Below, in pieces: positions 38,701 to 52,300 of a DNA stretch of 64,000 nt. The notes under the pieces were generated by a model, which saw nothing but the letters and a program-made list of their open reading frames with translations, was not told the origin of the DNA and searched no databases. Position numbers and translations under genes: made by a program. This DNA is from Octopus bimaculoides (Eukaryota): the NCBI RefSeq assembly GCF_001194135.2, contig NC_068991.1:39146320-39210319 (forward strand), given 5' to 3'. Every line of letters starts with the position of its first letter. The stretch's first letter is position 1.

Positions 38701-41700
38701 TTATGACAGAGTAATGCTAAAAGGTTAAGACTTCTATTAGAGATAATTCTTCCTCTAGATATAAAATAAAATGGATACTAAAAAATAGCATAACAGGGGT
38801 GAAATAACTGAGTGGAAACTATATTAGACTGTTTAATTAGTATGTCTTTTGACAGGACACTGTAGTTAATACTGGTTCTATGGAGCTCTTTGGCTTGTGA
38901 AAGCATTAAATAACTTATATGGAACTTATTGTCAGTGGTATGGTGCTGCATTGCATTGAATAAAGCCCTGTGAAGTTGTGCATCAAAATTAAATATGCTC
39001 AGGTGTATATGTAATATAATAACAATGGACTTAATGTATACAATGCTCAGGTGTACTACAACTCATCAGGAATGGTAGCCAAAATTGCAAGTACAATACA
39101 CAGAAAGTAAACAGTGAATGAAGGGCAGGGAGGACATCAGGTGTACTATTAGTGAATTTCAAGAAGCATGGAAGTTTTGAAAGATGCAGTGTCCTGATAG
39201 CTAACAATTGAAATGAGTAGTTTATTCCATGCTTCAGTGATTTTGAGAGTGGAGAAATATTTCTGAAAGTTATGGGTGCTGTGTTGTTTTGTGATTTTGT
39301 AAGGATGTCCACAAGTGTTTGACATATGGAATTCAAAAAGGCACTGAAAGTTGTTTTCAGAAAGATGATGGGTAATTTTGTGGGTATTTTCCAAGTCAGT
39401 TGCTTGGGAAGCAAGATGTTCAGAGCATGGTAGATGCCTGAAGGTAGGTATTCATCTGGTTGCACATTTCTAAATTTCTAAGCAATTTCCAGGAGATTCA
39501 TATCTTGAGCAAGATAAGGGTTCCAGACTGGTGATACAAATTCTAAGTGTGGATGTACCATAGCCATATTAAGTTTTAAATAGCTGAAGAGCAGCTGACA
39601 AAGGTTTTACTGAGTGATGCTAAGATACCCTCAGCCTTCTTGACAATTTTAGAAACAAGGTTTGTCAACACTGTTAACTATAATATCCAGGTCACCTTCA
39701 CTAGTAGACTTATGAAGTTGTGAAATAAGATTAAATGAGTTGAGGAAGTAATTGAGGGAAAAGCGTTGGTTAATAAAAACAAGAAGCTGTTGTGAAATCA
39801 ACTCCATGACAATATATAAAGGCCCCATAATTTACAAGTTTGCAACAGTGAGAACTTACCAGTAGCAGTGATTGCACGTTGGAGTTCAAAAGAGTTTAGA
39901 GAACCAGTTTTATTGGCATCAAATGTTTGGAAAATTCTCTGGTAATAGAAATGAAATGTAATGAAGAATTGTATTACAATTTGCACAAGAGTGGAGTTGA
40001 GAATAAGCTACAGGCAAACACTTGTTAAAATACCAGAATTTGCCGGTCATCTCAGAATGGAAAAAAATCAATGCAAATGTAATTTACAAACATGTAATTT
40101 ATATAATACATAAACATGTAGAGATATTGGTACCAAGTATTTGATTAACTCAAAGAGTATTAGATTGACATGGTGAAATGCATCTTGGTTGAGGCAGCTT
40201 AAGAATGACCTTCAAACCGTAATGTCTGTTAGGTTTCATAATAACGAGAAAAATGCTTTTCTGAAACTTTATTGACGTTATTAAAACTTGAAATAATACC
40301 CCACCCATGTCATGAGGAAATTATGGCATCAACAATGCCATAGGTTTGCTCAATGTAGCAATACAGACAAATTTTCCCCAACAAACTCCATATAAAGTTT
40401 AAAATGGAAACTTCATATTTAAAGAGTTAAAATTTTATCACAGCACCCACTCTCATTAAATAATGATTGAAATGTTTATTTGCTGAGATATTTCTATACT
40501 TTGACCTGTTCAAGCAGAATTAATCAAAAGATGGAGTAAACCATCAAGCAGCAATACCATTAATACAGATCTGCCAGGTAGCATGTTCTCTTCTAACATG
40601 GTTGGCTGTTGATGTTGTTATTGTGACATTTCAGTATTGTTACAGACTGATTGCAAGATACTCCTGAAGTCTAAAAACAGTGCAGGTAGGAATTCAAGGA
40701 GTTTACCTAAAAAAGATAATACATAATAAAATGCCTTTGTCCAGTAAGCAGCCAGCCACCATCCTCTACTCTATAAGATATATCCACTTCCTTTGTAAAT
40801 ATAAGGATACATGTCCAATAAAAAGGCTGCAACATGAATACACAGAGGTATAGTGAACATACAAAACAACAGAGGGAAGATGAGAGCAAACTTGTCTCCT
40901 TGACATATCGAACCATAACAAAAGTAAATGAACAAGGAATAATTGCAATGAAACTGGGAAAAAAAAGAAATGTAAGAAATATTTGGGAAACAATAAAAGC
41001 ATCGAAAAGCTGGAATATTTACCCGCCATGCAAGAATATAACTCCATAAAACAAGGAATTCTGAAAAGCCAATCTTTCCAGAATTGTTTGTCTGAGAAAA
41101 AGAGTTAAGGATTTTGGTACTTGAAACAGATCATGAATGGTATTTTGATGTTTGTAGAAGAGGGGGCTTTGGAAGATCATAGAGAAGTTCAGCTGCCTAG
41201 ATAAATTTATTGGCATGGTGTGACAGTTCCATGATGGCATGCTCACTTGAGTACTGGACAGTGGAGATTCTTCCAATGCATTCTCAGTCACTAACAGAGT
41301 CAAGCAGGGCTGTGTACTTGCACCTATGCTGTTTGACATGATGTTCTCAACCATACTGTCAAATGCCTCTTGTAACAACAATGAAATCAGCATCAAGATC
41401 AGATTCAAGCTGATGGCAAACTCCTCAACCTGCAGAGGCTACAGGCCAAGACCAAGGTGGAAGAGGACTCAGTGAGCAACTTCCTGTTTGCAGATGACTG
41501 CACATTCAATGTCGCTACAGAAGCCTTGATGCAGCAGAGCATGAAGTGCTTTTCTACTGCCTGCAGCAACTTTGGCCTAACAATCAGTACTTGGAAGACA
41601 GAGGTCATACACTAACCTACCACACAGAAGAATATGGAACCAGCTATCATTGGTGAAGGGGAAACTTGAAGATTGTGGATAAGTACCTTGGTGGCACACT

Positions 41701-44700
41701 TTCCAGATCTGTGAACATTGACAATGAAGTTGATACACGCACTGCCAAGGGAAGTTCAATATTCTGGCAGCTATGTGAATTAGTGTGGGAAAGGAGAGAT
41801 ATTAGGTCTCCAAGTTGAAGGTGTACCAAGCAGTTGTACTACCTATGCTACCGTATACCTGCAAGACTTAGGCAGTTTATGAATGCTACGCCAAAAAGCT
41901 AAATAGCTTCCACATGAACTGCCTGAGAAGGCTGTTGAAAATCACCAGGTGAGACAAGGTCCCAGACACAGAGGTCCTCACTTGAGGTGATCTACTAAGC
42001 ATTTATATACTGTTGAGGAGAGCACAAGTCAGGTGGGGAGATTACCTTGTTTGAATGCCTAACACATGACTCCCCAAGAGACTGTTTTACCATGAACTGC
42101 TGAAAAGCAAGCACATGCAGGGTGGACAGAAAAAGTGCTTCTTGGATACACTCAAGAGCCTTGAGATCAACCCTGACACCTGGAAAATTCAAGTGTAAGA
42201 CTGCACTGCCAGGCAAATCTACACCAACAGAGGTGTCACCTCCTATGAACAGAACTGGATTGCAGGGGCACAAAGAAGATACAAACTGCACAATTCCAGA
42301 GCTTACTTCTTCCTCTTCAGTCCCAGCAGACCACCAGTGCCCAACCTACAGAAGAGCCTTCTAAGAATACATTGGACTGATTGGTCATAGCCAGATACAT
42401 GCCCTGACTTCTCCCATATTATGTCTTTGGTCATCATAGACGACAAATTAATAATAAATAGAAAAGCATGGCTGGGGGAGTTAACAGGAGTCTTGATAAA
42501 CAGCTGAGAGCTTAGTGATTTGTATTTTATTAATGTTATGATGTGCCCATGACCAAGACATTTAGTTCTACGTAAACCCAGCTCATTTAGATGCTCAGAG
42601 GTACAACAACAAATATTTTAATTCACAACTGTAAGTAGAAGCATCATTATAAAATTGGATCTATGGGCCTTCAGTATGTTCATTGTAATAATGGTTATCT
42701 GCAACAGACTGGCATCTTATAGGATAAAATTCATCTTGTCTGATTAATGATACAAACTAGATATGAGCAGAAGTCTATAAAAGGAATAATGGTTTCAAAT
42801 TTTGATACAAGGCCAGCACTTTTGAGAGAGAGGAAGTGGAAATTGATTACATTGATTCCAGTGCTCATTTGGTACTTATTTTATCAACTCTGGAAGGATG
42901 AAAGACAAAGTCAACTTCAGCAGCAACTGAACTCAGAATGTAAAGAGTCAGAAGAAATGCTGCTAAGCATTTTGTCCAACATAATGATTCTATCAGCTTG
43001 CCACCTTGGAAATAACAATGATGTTAGTAGTCTGAAGGCAGGCATTATTGTGGGTCAGTCCATAATAATAAACTGGAAAGAAGTTGTTGTATGATCACAT
43101 TTCTGTTGCCAAAATTATAACTGAAATTGAACTCACAAAAACTATGAAATAAAGTTTTCTTTTAACTAGGTACAAGTGAATTTTCATAAGAAACTTGAAA
43201 GAGTCAAATGTATTGCATATTATCAGCTTCTTAAATTTTATCGACCCTAGATGGTTGAAAGACATAGTTGCGTCCTCGTCTTGTCATTGTGTGAAAGTTA
43301 TAATCAAGTGTCATCATACAAGCAATGTCATTCACATCCAATCTTCCATGAAAACATGCCCATCATCATCACACATCTGTTTTTCATGCTGTCATGAGTT
43401 GGATGATTTGACTGGAGTTGGTAAGGCCAGGGGTTGTACCAGGCTCAATTATCGGTTCTGGCATGGTTTCTATGGATGGATGCCCTTTCTAATGCCAGCC
43501 ACTGCACAGTGTGTTCTGGGTACTCTTTATGTGGCATCAGCACTGGTATCAATTCTGCTGTGGTGGACAGGTCTTCTTGAGTACAGCAATGCACCAGATA
43601 TCTCAGTTCTTTGTCATCTCCTTTGTAAGGCTCAGTATCTTGAGATCTGCCTTCAATATTTTATTCCATGTCTTCCTGGGTCCCCTGCTTCCACAAATCC
43701 ATCCACTTTAAGTAACTGGTGCTTTTGTATGCAACTGTCAACATTCATAAGTTTCACATGCAAACCAGCACAATCTTCTCTCTTGCACACTGCATTTAAT
43801 TCCTGTTATGCCCAACTTCTTCCTCAATTGGAGAACTATCATCTTGTCTGGAAACAAGTGAGGGATGGAGACAAGAAGGATATCCAACTGTAGAAAATTT
43901 GCCTCAACAACTTCTGTTGTTCTCATACAAGAATGGAAAAGTGTACCTTAAAACAATGACGAGGAAGATGACGAAATGATGATGATTTAGTTTGGCGCCC
44001 CCTAACATTTCTGCCAACTTGCAATGACAAATAAATATTGTATGAAAGGATACATCCATGAGAAAGACAAAATTCTTGCATGTATCCAAGCCAGTGTAGT
44101 GATAAGGGCTATCTGAAATACACAGTAAAAAAAAAGAAAGTAAACTAATATTTAAAGAATAAAAGAATACAAATATTAAAGCTAAAATGCTATCTTTGAT
44201 CCCAAACCAAAGATCAATCTAGCTATGAAATAATGTGCCAATTTCTCAAGTGAAGAGGCAATTTATATTATACATGTTTTTCTCTCCTTTATTTTCTACC
44301 GTTTAATTAAAAAATGGTTAAGTAGATCAGACAAGAATTCAAATACACTTGATAGTGTTTCATTGTGTTACTGGGGCTTCACACTTTATTTTTCATGATC
44401 TCAGTTCACCCAGGTACAGGTGAATATGCACCAGCTTATCTGGGAGTTACAGATCAGCGTCGTCTCCAAGAAGAAAAATTTATCTTTTGTATGCTTCTTG
44501 CTATGAAAACAAAACTACTCACTGGTCCTTGAGAGGAATATATATTGCTTGTGTTTATTCTAGTATATGCTTGATAGACATGAGCTATGCAAATGCAGAA
44601 AGAAAAAAGACGGCAAAAGTAATTACAAAATGAAACACTGACTAACCATGTTTAAATTCTTCATCCAAGATATTGTGTAATTCAAAGGAATCAATTTCCA

Positions 44701-46326
44701 TATCCTGTAAACATCAAAACAAACGCATCAAATAATTGTGTCTTAAGACACATGCAATCCATACCAGCATGAGAAAGCAAACATAAAAACATTGATGATG
44801 ATAAGTGATTTCTAAAAACAGAAAAGCTTTAAATTATAATGGTTTCTTTTTAATCTAGCTATCTGTGTATGTATCAGGCTGAATAAAAAGTAAGCAACAT
44901 TTTGAAACGTGAATTTTATTACAATATATTTCAACAATACGGAAATTTTATTCATCAAAGTAAGTACCATTACAATCAACACATTTTTGCCAACAAGTTA
45001 CAAGTTTGTTTATTCCGATAACATAAAAATTTAGAGTTCTGAAGCTGATGAACTCTTTGAACGCACTTTCAGCATCAGTTTTTCTAACTCCCCACGCAGG
45101 AAACCATCAAGGTGGTTGAAAAGTGGTAGTCGGTAGGAGAAAGGTCCGGGGAATAAGCTGGGTAGGGAAGAACTTTGTAGCCAGGTTCCCTCAACTTCTG
45201 GAGCGTCATTAGTGAAACCTGTGGTCGAGCATTGTCATAAAGAATGATTGGTCCTCTTCTGTTGACCAGTCTGGGATGGAGGAGTAGCAGTTTTTCATTC
45301 ATTTTGGCAATTTCATGGCAATATGTTTCTGCAGTAATAGTTTTTCCAGGTTTTAAGAAGTTATAGTGGATGAGTCCAGCAGTACACCACCAAACAGTCA
45401 TCATAACCTTCTTTTTCAAGAGCTCAGGTTTAGGGAAGGTTTTTGGTGCTTCATTTTGGTCCAAACACTGTGAAGAATCCACTTTTCATCACAAGTTACA
45501 ATACGGTCAAGAAATGGATCGGTCTGGTTACGGAGAAGAAGCAATGAGCAAATTTCATATCTGTGCATTTTCTGATTTTCATTCAAATCATGTGGTACCC
45601 ATTTGTTGAGCTTTTTTGGTTTTCCGATTGCATGCAAACAGTTGCAGGCAGTTTTCTGGCTAACTTGAAGTTCTTTTGCCAGTTCTCAAGTGATTTTACG
45701 TGAATCTTTCTCAATGATCTTTAATTGACCGTCATCGATGACAGACGGGCGTCCACTACACTCACGATCTTCAAGGCTCAGGTCCCCACTGTGAAATTGT
45801 TTAAACCATTTTCGAGCTGACCACTCACTGGTCATTTCTTCACCAAACATTTCGTTAATATCGCGATCAGTTTCAGCTGCTTTACGTCCTTTTTGAAGTT
45901 GAATAGCAAAATTGCTCAAATATCCTGCTTTGACAGTTCCACTTCAGATGGTTGTAACAGTGAAAAAAATATCAATGTTAATTTATTGATGCATTTGGGC
46001 AAGTCTATGTATTATCAGACAATTGCAAAAAAATGCTTAAAAAAATTCAAAACTTTGTAAAAATCTGTACAAATTCTTCCGTGTTCAAAACATTGTTTAC
46101 TTTTTACTCAACCTGATATATACATGCGTATGCAGTGTCACACAAACACACATTTATATATGTAGATGCTGGCGAGGCTGCATGATAAGAAGTTTGCTTT
46201 CCAACCACAAGGTTCTGTGATGAGTTCCACTGTGTGGCACCTCGAGCAAGTCTCTTCTACTATTGCCTTAAGCTGCCCAAAGCCTTATAAGTGGATTTGG
46301 TAGCCAGAAACTGAAAGAAACCCGTC

Positions 46327-46362
<36 letters not shown>

Positions 46363-49300
46363 TACTGTCTCTTTGTCATGACATTGCATAATAGTTGTAA
46401 ACAAGTATCACCATAATGCAAGCAGTGTCCTTCATTTCCAATATTGTCTGTAAGCATGTCGAGTCATGGGGAAATATTAACTTACTTAGAAACAGGTGAA
46501 GTTTGGTGACAGATGGATATCCACCCATAGAAAACCTACCACAAATTCTGTCTGACCCATGTGAGCATGGAAAAATAGACATAAAAAGGATGATATGATA
46601 TATATTGCATGTGTACATGTATATGGTTTCATATATTTATATATACATACATATATACACAAGTGTGAATTGTGCATGCAGGCATGTTTTTTAGGCAAAA
46701 CATTTTAGTCACCAATAGTATACAGGCAGTGATATTCTTTGTTCTGTAGTGAATCTGCTAAGTAGTCTCTGTGCAATATCTAATGGTTAACCCTTTAACA
46801 GTTAAACTGGCCATAATTGGCCTAAATATTCTACGTGTTTCATGTTCACACTGGCCAGATCCAGCCTCTCACATCTACCATACAATGTCAGTCTAAAATA
46901 AACACTGACATCATCAAAATCTTGAAGCAACAAGATAATGCATGGTCAATTCAAAACAATATGAATAAATAAGTGTTACATTTGACAGAATAATTCGAAT
47001 GCTAAAGGGTTAATATAGTTAAGTTTAAATCAAATTGGAGAGGAATTAGATGTTATTGATAATCACATTACTAGACATGATGAAATGACTGAATAGGTTT
47101 AGAACAGAACAAAACAGGATTCATACCTCACCCGATATTCGATAGAAATGTTCTTTGAAACACTCTGTATCTTTTTCATCAATGAAGTCTTTTGGAGGTT
47201 GGCTGACAAGGGAAGGAATGTTGTCTGCTGGTCTAATTGGATAGAAAATAAATTAAATGAATATTGAAGTATTTCATATTCAATTTGAAATTATCAACTC
47301 ATCATCATCATCATCATTGCCACTAACTCACTGTCATCATCAGTAACTCTTCCTCTTAATCATCATCATTATTACTAACAAGTTAGAAGCATGGCCCATA
47401 TACAGCTGCTTGACCTGCTAGAAATAGCTACCCAATATCCCTCAAATGACACCCTACTATCTTAAAAGGGGAGAGAGATCTGCATCTAAGATAACAGAAT
47501 CCTAAATATGTAATACCTAAAACAAAAATTAGATGCTCCCAATTTACATTCCTTTGATCAGAGGTCTTCACAATCAGAGTTTCCTTATATCATTATCATC
47601 ACCATTGTTACCCTCACCAACATCATTATGCATTTAAAATCTACATGATTTGTGCTTGAGAAGACCTGTCCATCACAGCAAAAATAAAGTCCTAAAAACA
47701 TTATGTTTATGTTGGACCCTCCTCTATGGTACAACACAACTTCTGTAATCACTTGAGAACAGAATCAACACATATTGAATCTCTTCCATTCTTTGATTCT
47801 TCTATAATTTTAAAAATCACTATTTCTTCTTCCTGGATCAGGTGAGAGAAACAGTAATTTAAAAAAATTAATATCTTAGTAATATCATGTTTTTCTCTAT
47901 TCTATTTGTCAATGACCAAAGGTGATACTTGTGATGCAAATGATGCTGGCATTAGAAGTACACATGCATTTAAGTTGGCTAGACAATCAATTGTTTTAAC
48001 TTTGTTGCTGATTTATATAATACCATACTACCATGTCAGAAAACTAAAAGAAAACCTTATTTGAGATGTATGGTATAGCCATCAAAAATATTAGATCAGT
48101 TGCCTGTACAATACAGATATGTTTATGCAGAGCTAACTAGAATTAGTCAAGATCACAATGTCACTTTAGTGTTCCATGATAAAAGGGCTATATTGTACTT
48201 TATATCAAAAGTATGAAATACTGCAATACATAACAACTGTTCAAATTAATCAACATGGGCAATAACATTTTCTATACAAAAGCATTTGTCAATCAAGATG
48301 TTTTTTTACCAATATGTGGAACCTAGGACAAATGTTTTCTACTATAGTCTTGGGTTGAACAAAGCCTTGTGAGCAGATTTGGCAGGCAGAAACTGAAAGA
48401 AGCCTATACATACATATATATATAATAGGCATAGGCATAAATGTGTAGTAAAAAGTTTGCTTCCAAACCACATGGTTCTGGGCTTATTTCCTTCCGCTGC
48501 ATAGCTCCAGGCTGACCAAAGCCTTGTGAGCAGATTTGATAGATGGTAACAACTGGAAGCTGGTCGTATATGTATGCATGTGAGTGTGTGCACACATTCA
48601 TGTTAGTGTGTGTGTGTGTGTACGCATGTTTGTGTGTCTCGACATCACACAATAGTTGTAAATGAATGTCACGGTTATACAAGCAGTGTCCTTTGTTTTC
48701 AATCTTCTGTGTAAACATGTCCAGTCATGGGGATATATTATCTTGTTTTGAAATAAATAAGGGTTGGTGACAGGAAGTGCATCTGGTCATAGATAATCTA
48801 CCTTAATGAATTCTATCTAACCAATGAAAGCACAGAAAAGTGAACATTAAAATGATAAAGATAATCACAGTCTCAAATCCTTACTTCTTTTATCAACCTC
48901 TTCATATGATAGTTTTGTTTCTAATCTTTATTACCATTATACTAAAGGGGATGGCATATTTTTGTGACTAAGAAAACTTACTCCACAATATTTGCTTTTT
49001 CCATAAAGAATCTGATGAGAAAACTTGCTTCTAAGTTGGCTTCATATGTACAGGGTAGCACAATATATTCTCCAGGTTTCAATGCAAACCGCTTCACAAC
49101 TTGGCGACCATTCATAAAAGCATCAACACTGGCAACACTTGTATATTTTTTAAAGAATTCATATTGCAATGGAAGAGCATGGTGGAGATCATTCTGGCAA
49201 AAATGAAATTTTAAAAATGTGGTTAAGTATTCACTATAGCAAAACAGAAAAATATTATAATACTATTTGAAAAAATTTATTTCTCTTCACCACTCAACAA

Positions 49301-52300
49301 ATACACAATCACAAACACACATTAATCTTTCTATACCAACTTACCTGAAACTGCTCCTGGTTCTAAGATACAATCTCCTTATTTTAAAATGATCTAAATT
49401 AAAAACTTTTCAGCAAAATTTCGTATAAGTTTATGTTCCAAATATTTATTAATTAAGACAACTATTTTACTCAATTTTTCATCATTCTAAAAATTAATTG
49501 AAACAAAAGCAATGTATTGTATTTCAAAAGAATTACAATGTCAAATAAAACAGTAAAATAGCACAGCAGCGATTAACTCGTTTCAAATTGCGACAGCTAT
49601 TTCAAAGGGACGTGACTCTACGTTAAGAACAACATAAGTCACTGACAATTAGTGATCCAAATTTTATGAGCCTAAGTGTAGCCACTAACATTGAGTGACT
49701 CATCTAAACTCAGTTCAGTAACCCATCCCCAAACTGACAACACTCAAACTTATGGGCTGTGTGAAGATGCAATAAACAATGAAGTAAGAATTTGCTAATG
49801 AAGCACAATTCAAAAATGGTTATTGACAAAGTCTGAATACACGACTCATGTAGTCATCATCGTTTTTATTTAATGTCTGTTTTCCAAGTTGGATAATTTG
49901 ATAAGAGCCGGCCAGCCGGAGAGCTGTCCAAGCCCCAATTGTCTGTTTTGGCATGGTTTCAATGGCTGGATACCCTTCCTAACGCTAACCACTTTACAGA
50001 GTATGTCAGGGTGCTTTTCATGTGCTACTGCCATGGATGCTTTTATGTGGCACTGTCACAAGTGCATTTACATGGCATCAGCACGAGTGCATTTTATGTG
50101 GCACAAGTACGAGTGCATTGTGTAATATCTTCTGAATGCATGGTCCATATTTCAGAACGACTGTGGTTCTGAAAGTGTGGGGAGATCCATACATGGGAGG
50201 AAATATATTCGAGAGAAATATCAGTGAAGATAACTGAACAGGCTAAATTCAAAGTTCCATTGTTATCTCTATGACATTACAGTTATTGCTTTCTTTTTTC
50301 TTTCCATGAACCATTCACAGACTTTTGTAAATTAAATAACATGGGGGTGAGGGTAAGACATAAAATTGCTACTTCAAAAGGAGGAATGGCAATTAAAAAA
50401 AAAAATCAAATTGTTTGAGCTGTGGTTCAGTAATAGATACATTTTTATATAAATACCTTCCTATCCGTTTGTGGTTTCAGGTTCAATCCCACAGTGGAGA
50501 ATCTTAGGCAAGAGTCTTCTATTATAACTCTAGACCAACCCAAGCATTATGAGTGGATTTTGTAGAGGGAAACTGAAAGTGCCAGTCGTGTGTATGTGTG
50601 TGATGTCTGTGAGTTAGTTTACATTTACACTCTCCAAATGCTGTGAACTACAAGTAATGTTGCTAGCAGTTCCCCTGTCATTAAATCATTTGGTTGCTTT
50701 GAAGAAGTTGCATGAAAAATATGTAAAGTTAGTGACAAGAAGGACATTAGCTGTAATCCATACTAGCTTATTAAAAAGCAGGTAAACAAATGAACAAACC
50801 TTATAAATTACAAATCCTATGTATTGTAAGCAAGGGTTCTTCAGCTTGATTCTTCTGCAGTCTTTCTGTGCAAGCTGTAGGATGACACTACAGTGAGTGT
50901 CATCATCTTCATCAGAATCACTGAGAATCATGCGATACTGAGGGTTACTCCAGTGCGTAGCTGCAAAAGAAAAGAAAATTGAAATAATCTGATTATGATA
51001 TATAATGAAAAGAAAAGAAAGTCATCAAAATTGGTTAAGTTAATTAACTTGGTTATTTTATATTATAATATCAAACATAGTGGTTATAAAAAGTTACTGT
51101 AATATTGTCATCAGACGTTATGTGAAAATACCAATTTCCAAATTCTATTTAGTAATTTATGAACTCATTTATTTATTTTATTTGATTAAAGCCAAACACT
51201 ATTACTACTACTACTACTACTACAATAACAACAGTGATTTGTGTGACAACATTCATTTTAAGTCAAGGCTGTCAGAAATTTTTGTTTTCCTACATCTTTT
51301 AACTTTGAATACTTACTAGAGCAGGATGGTCTTCCTCCAGCAGAGAAGCCTTTGTACCATCTATTATGGAATTCCACTGCAAACCATGTCCTAGGCATGT
51401 TCATTGGAGCATCAGGGGATAAATTACAGATATTCAATGTGTCAAAATGAGCTTTAAAATCATTGAAGTCCATCCTGAAGGAAAAATAACAAAAAAAAGT
51501 GAAAGATTCAGTAAACATTAGAAGTGTTGAAAGTGAATTGAACAAAGAAGATGGAATATACAAGGGAGTGCTGAAAAGTTGCTGGTTTTTGGTAAAAGAA
51601 AATACAGGAGGATCAGTTAATTATGATCTTATTTAACATATTCCTATCTCAGATTCACACACTTATTGCAGCAGTCCTTTAGTTTTTCGAAGCTCTGTAA
51701 GAGAACTAGGAAGGCTGTGCCTCCAACCAGGCCTTTCATGATACCCTTAAAGCCAGGAACTTTTCAGTACCCCTTCATAATGTATTGAAGCAAGCATGGC
51801 TGTGTGATTTCAAAAGTTTGCTTCTCAATTGTGTGGTTTTGAGTTCAGTCCCACTACATGGCACCTTGGACAAATGTCTTTCACTATAGCCCTGATCCAG
51901 CCAAAGTCTTGTGAATGAACCTGGTAGACAGAAACTGAAAAAAAAAAAAAACCTGTTGTGTGTGTATCCTTGTCTTGGCACTGTGTGATAGTTATAAACA
52001 TGTGCCACCAGCAAACAAATAGAGTCATTCATTTCCAATCTTTCATGAACAACCTGTCCAGCCCATAGGGAAAATTTTAACATGCTTAGTCAGGGTTGGT
52101 GATAGGAAGGGCATTTGTCCATAAAAAATCTACACCAATAAATTTTGCCTGTCCTATGTAAGCATGAAAAAGAGAACATTAAAACAGTGATGATGATGAT
52201 GATAACATAATGTTTTCAGAATTTATCTTCTGTTGAAGAAGGAAAAAAAACAACTTTGTTTGATCCCACTATTCAGTACCCTGGGCAAATGTGTTCTACA

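Larger units (their letters stand above)
41092..44053 (-). other. U12-type (minor spliceosome) GT-AG intron of the calpain
   Basis: 5' splice site GTATCCTTT at 44053-44045; branch site TCCTTAAC at 41111-41104, ending 12 nt before the 3' splice junction. Confidence 0.88.

Noticed and set aside
43195-43893. 232-aa plus-strand ORF
   Set aside because: It runs across SINE modules and the antisense of an RTE 3' end, has no domain-like motif, and looks like a chance open frame.
43947-44017. [15 protein letters not shown] segment as the EF2 exon
   Set aside because: It would need a 36-nt intron, ends in the wrong phase and overlaps a SINE tail; the true EF2 exon is 41023-41091.
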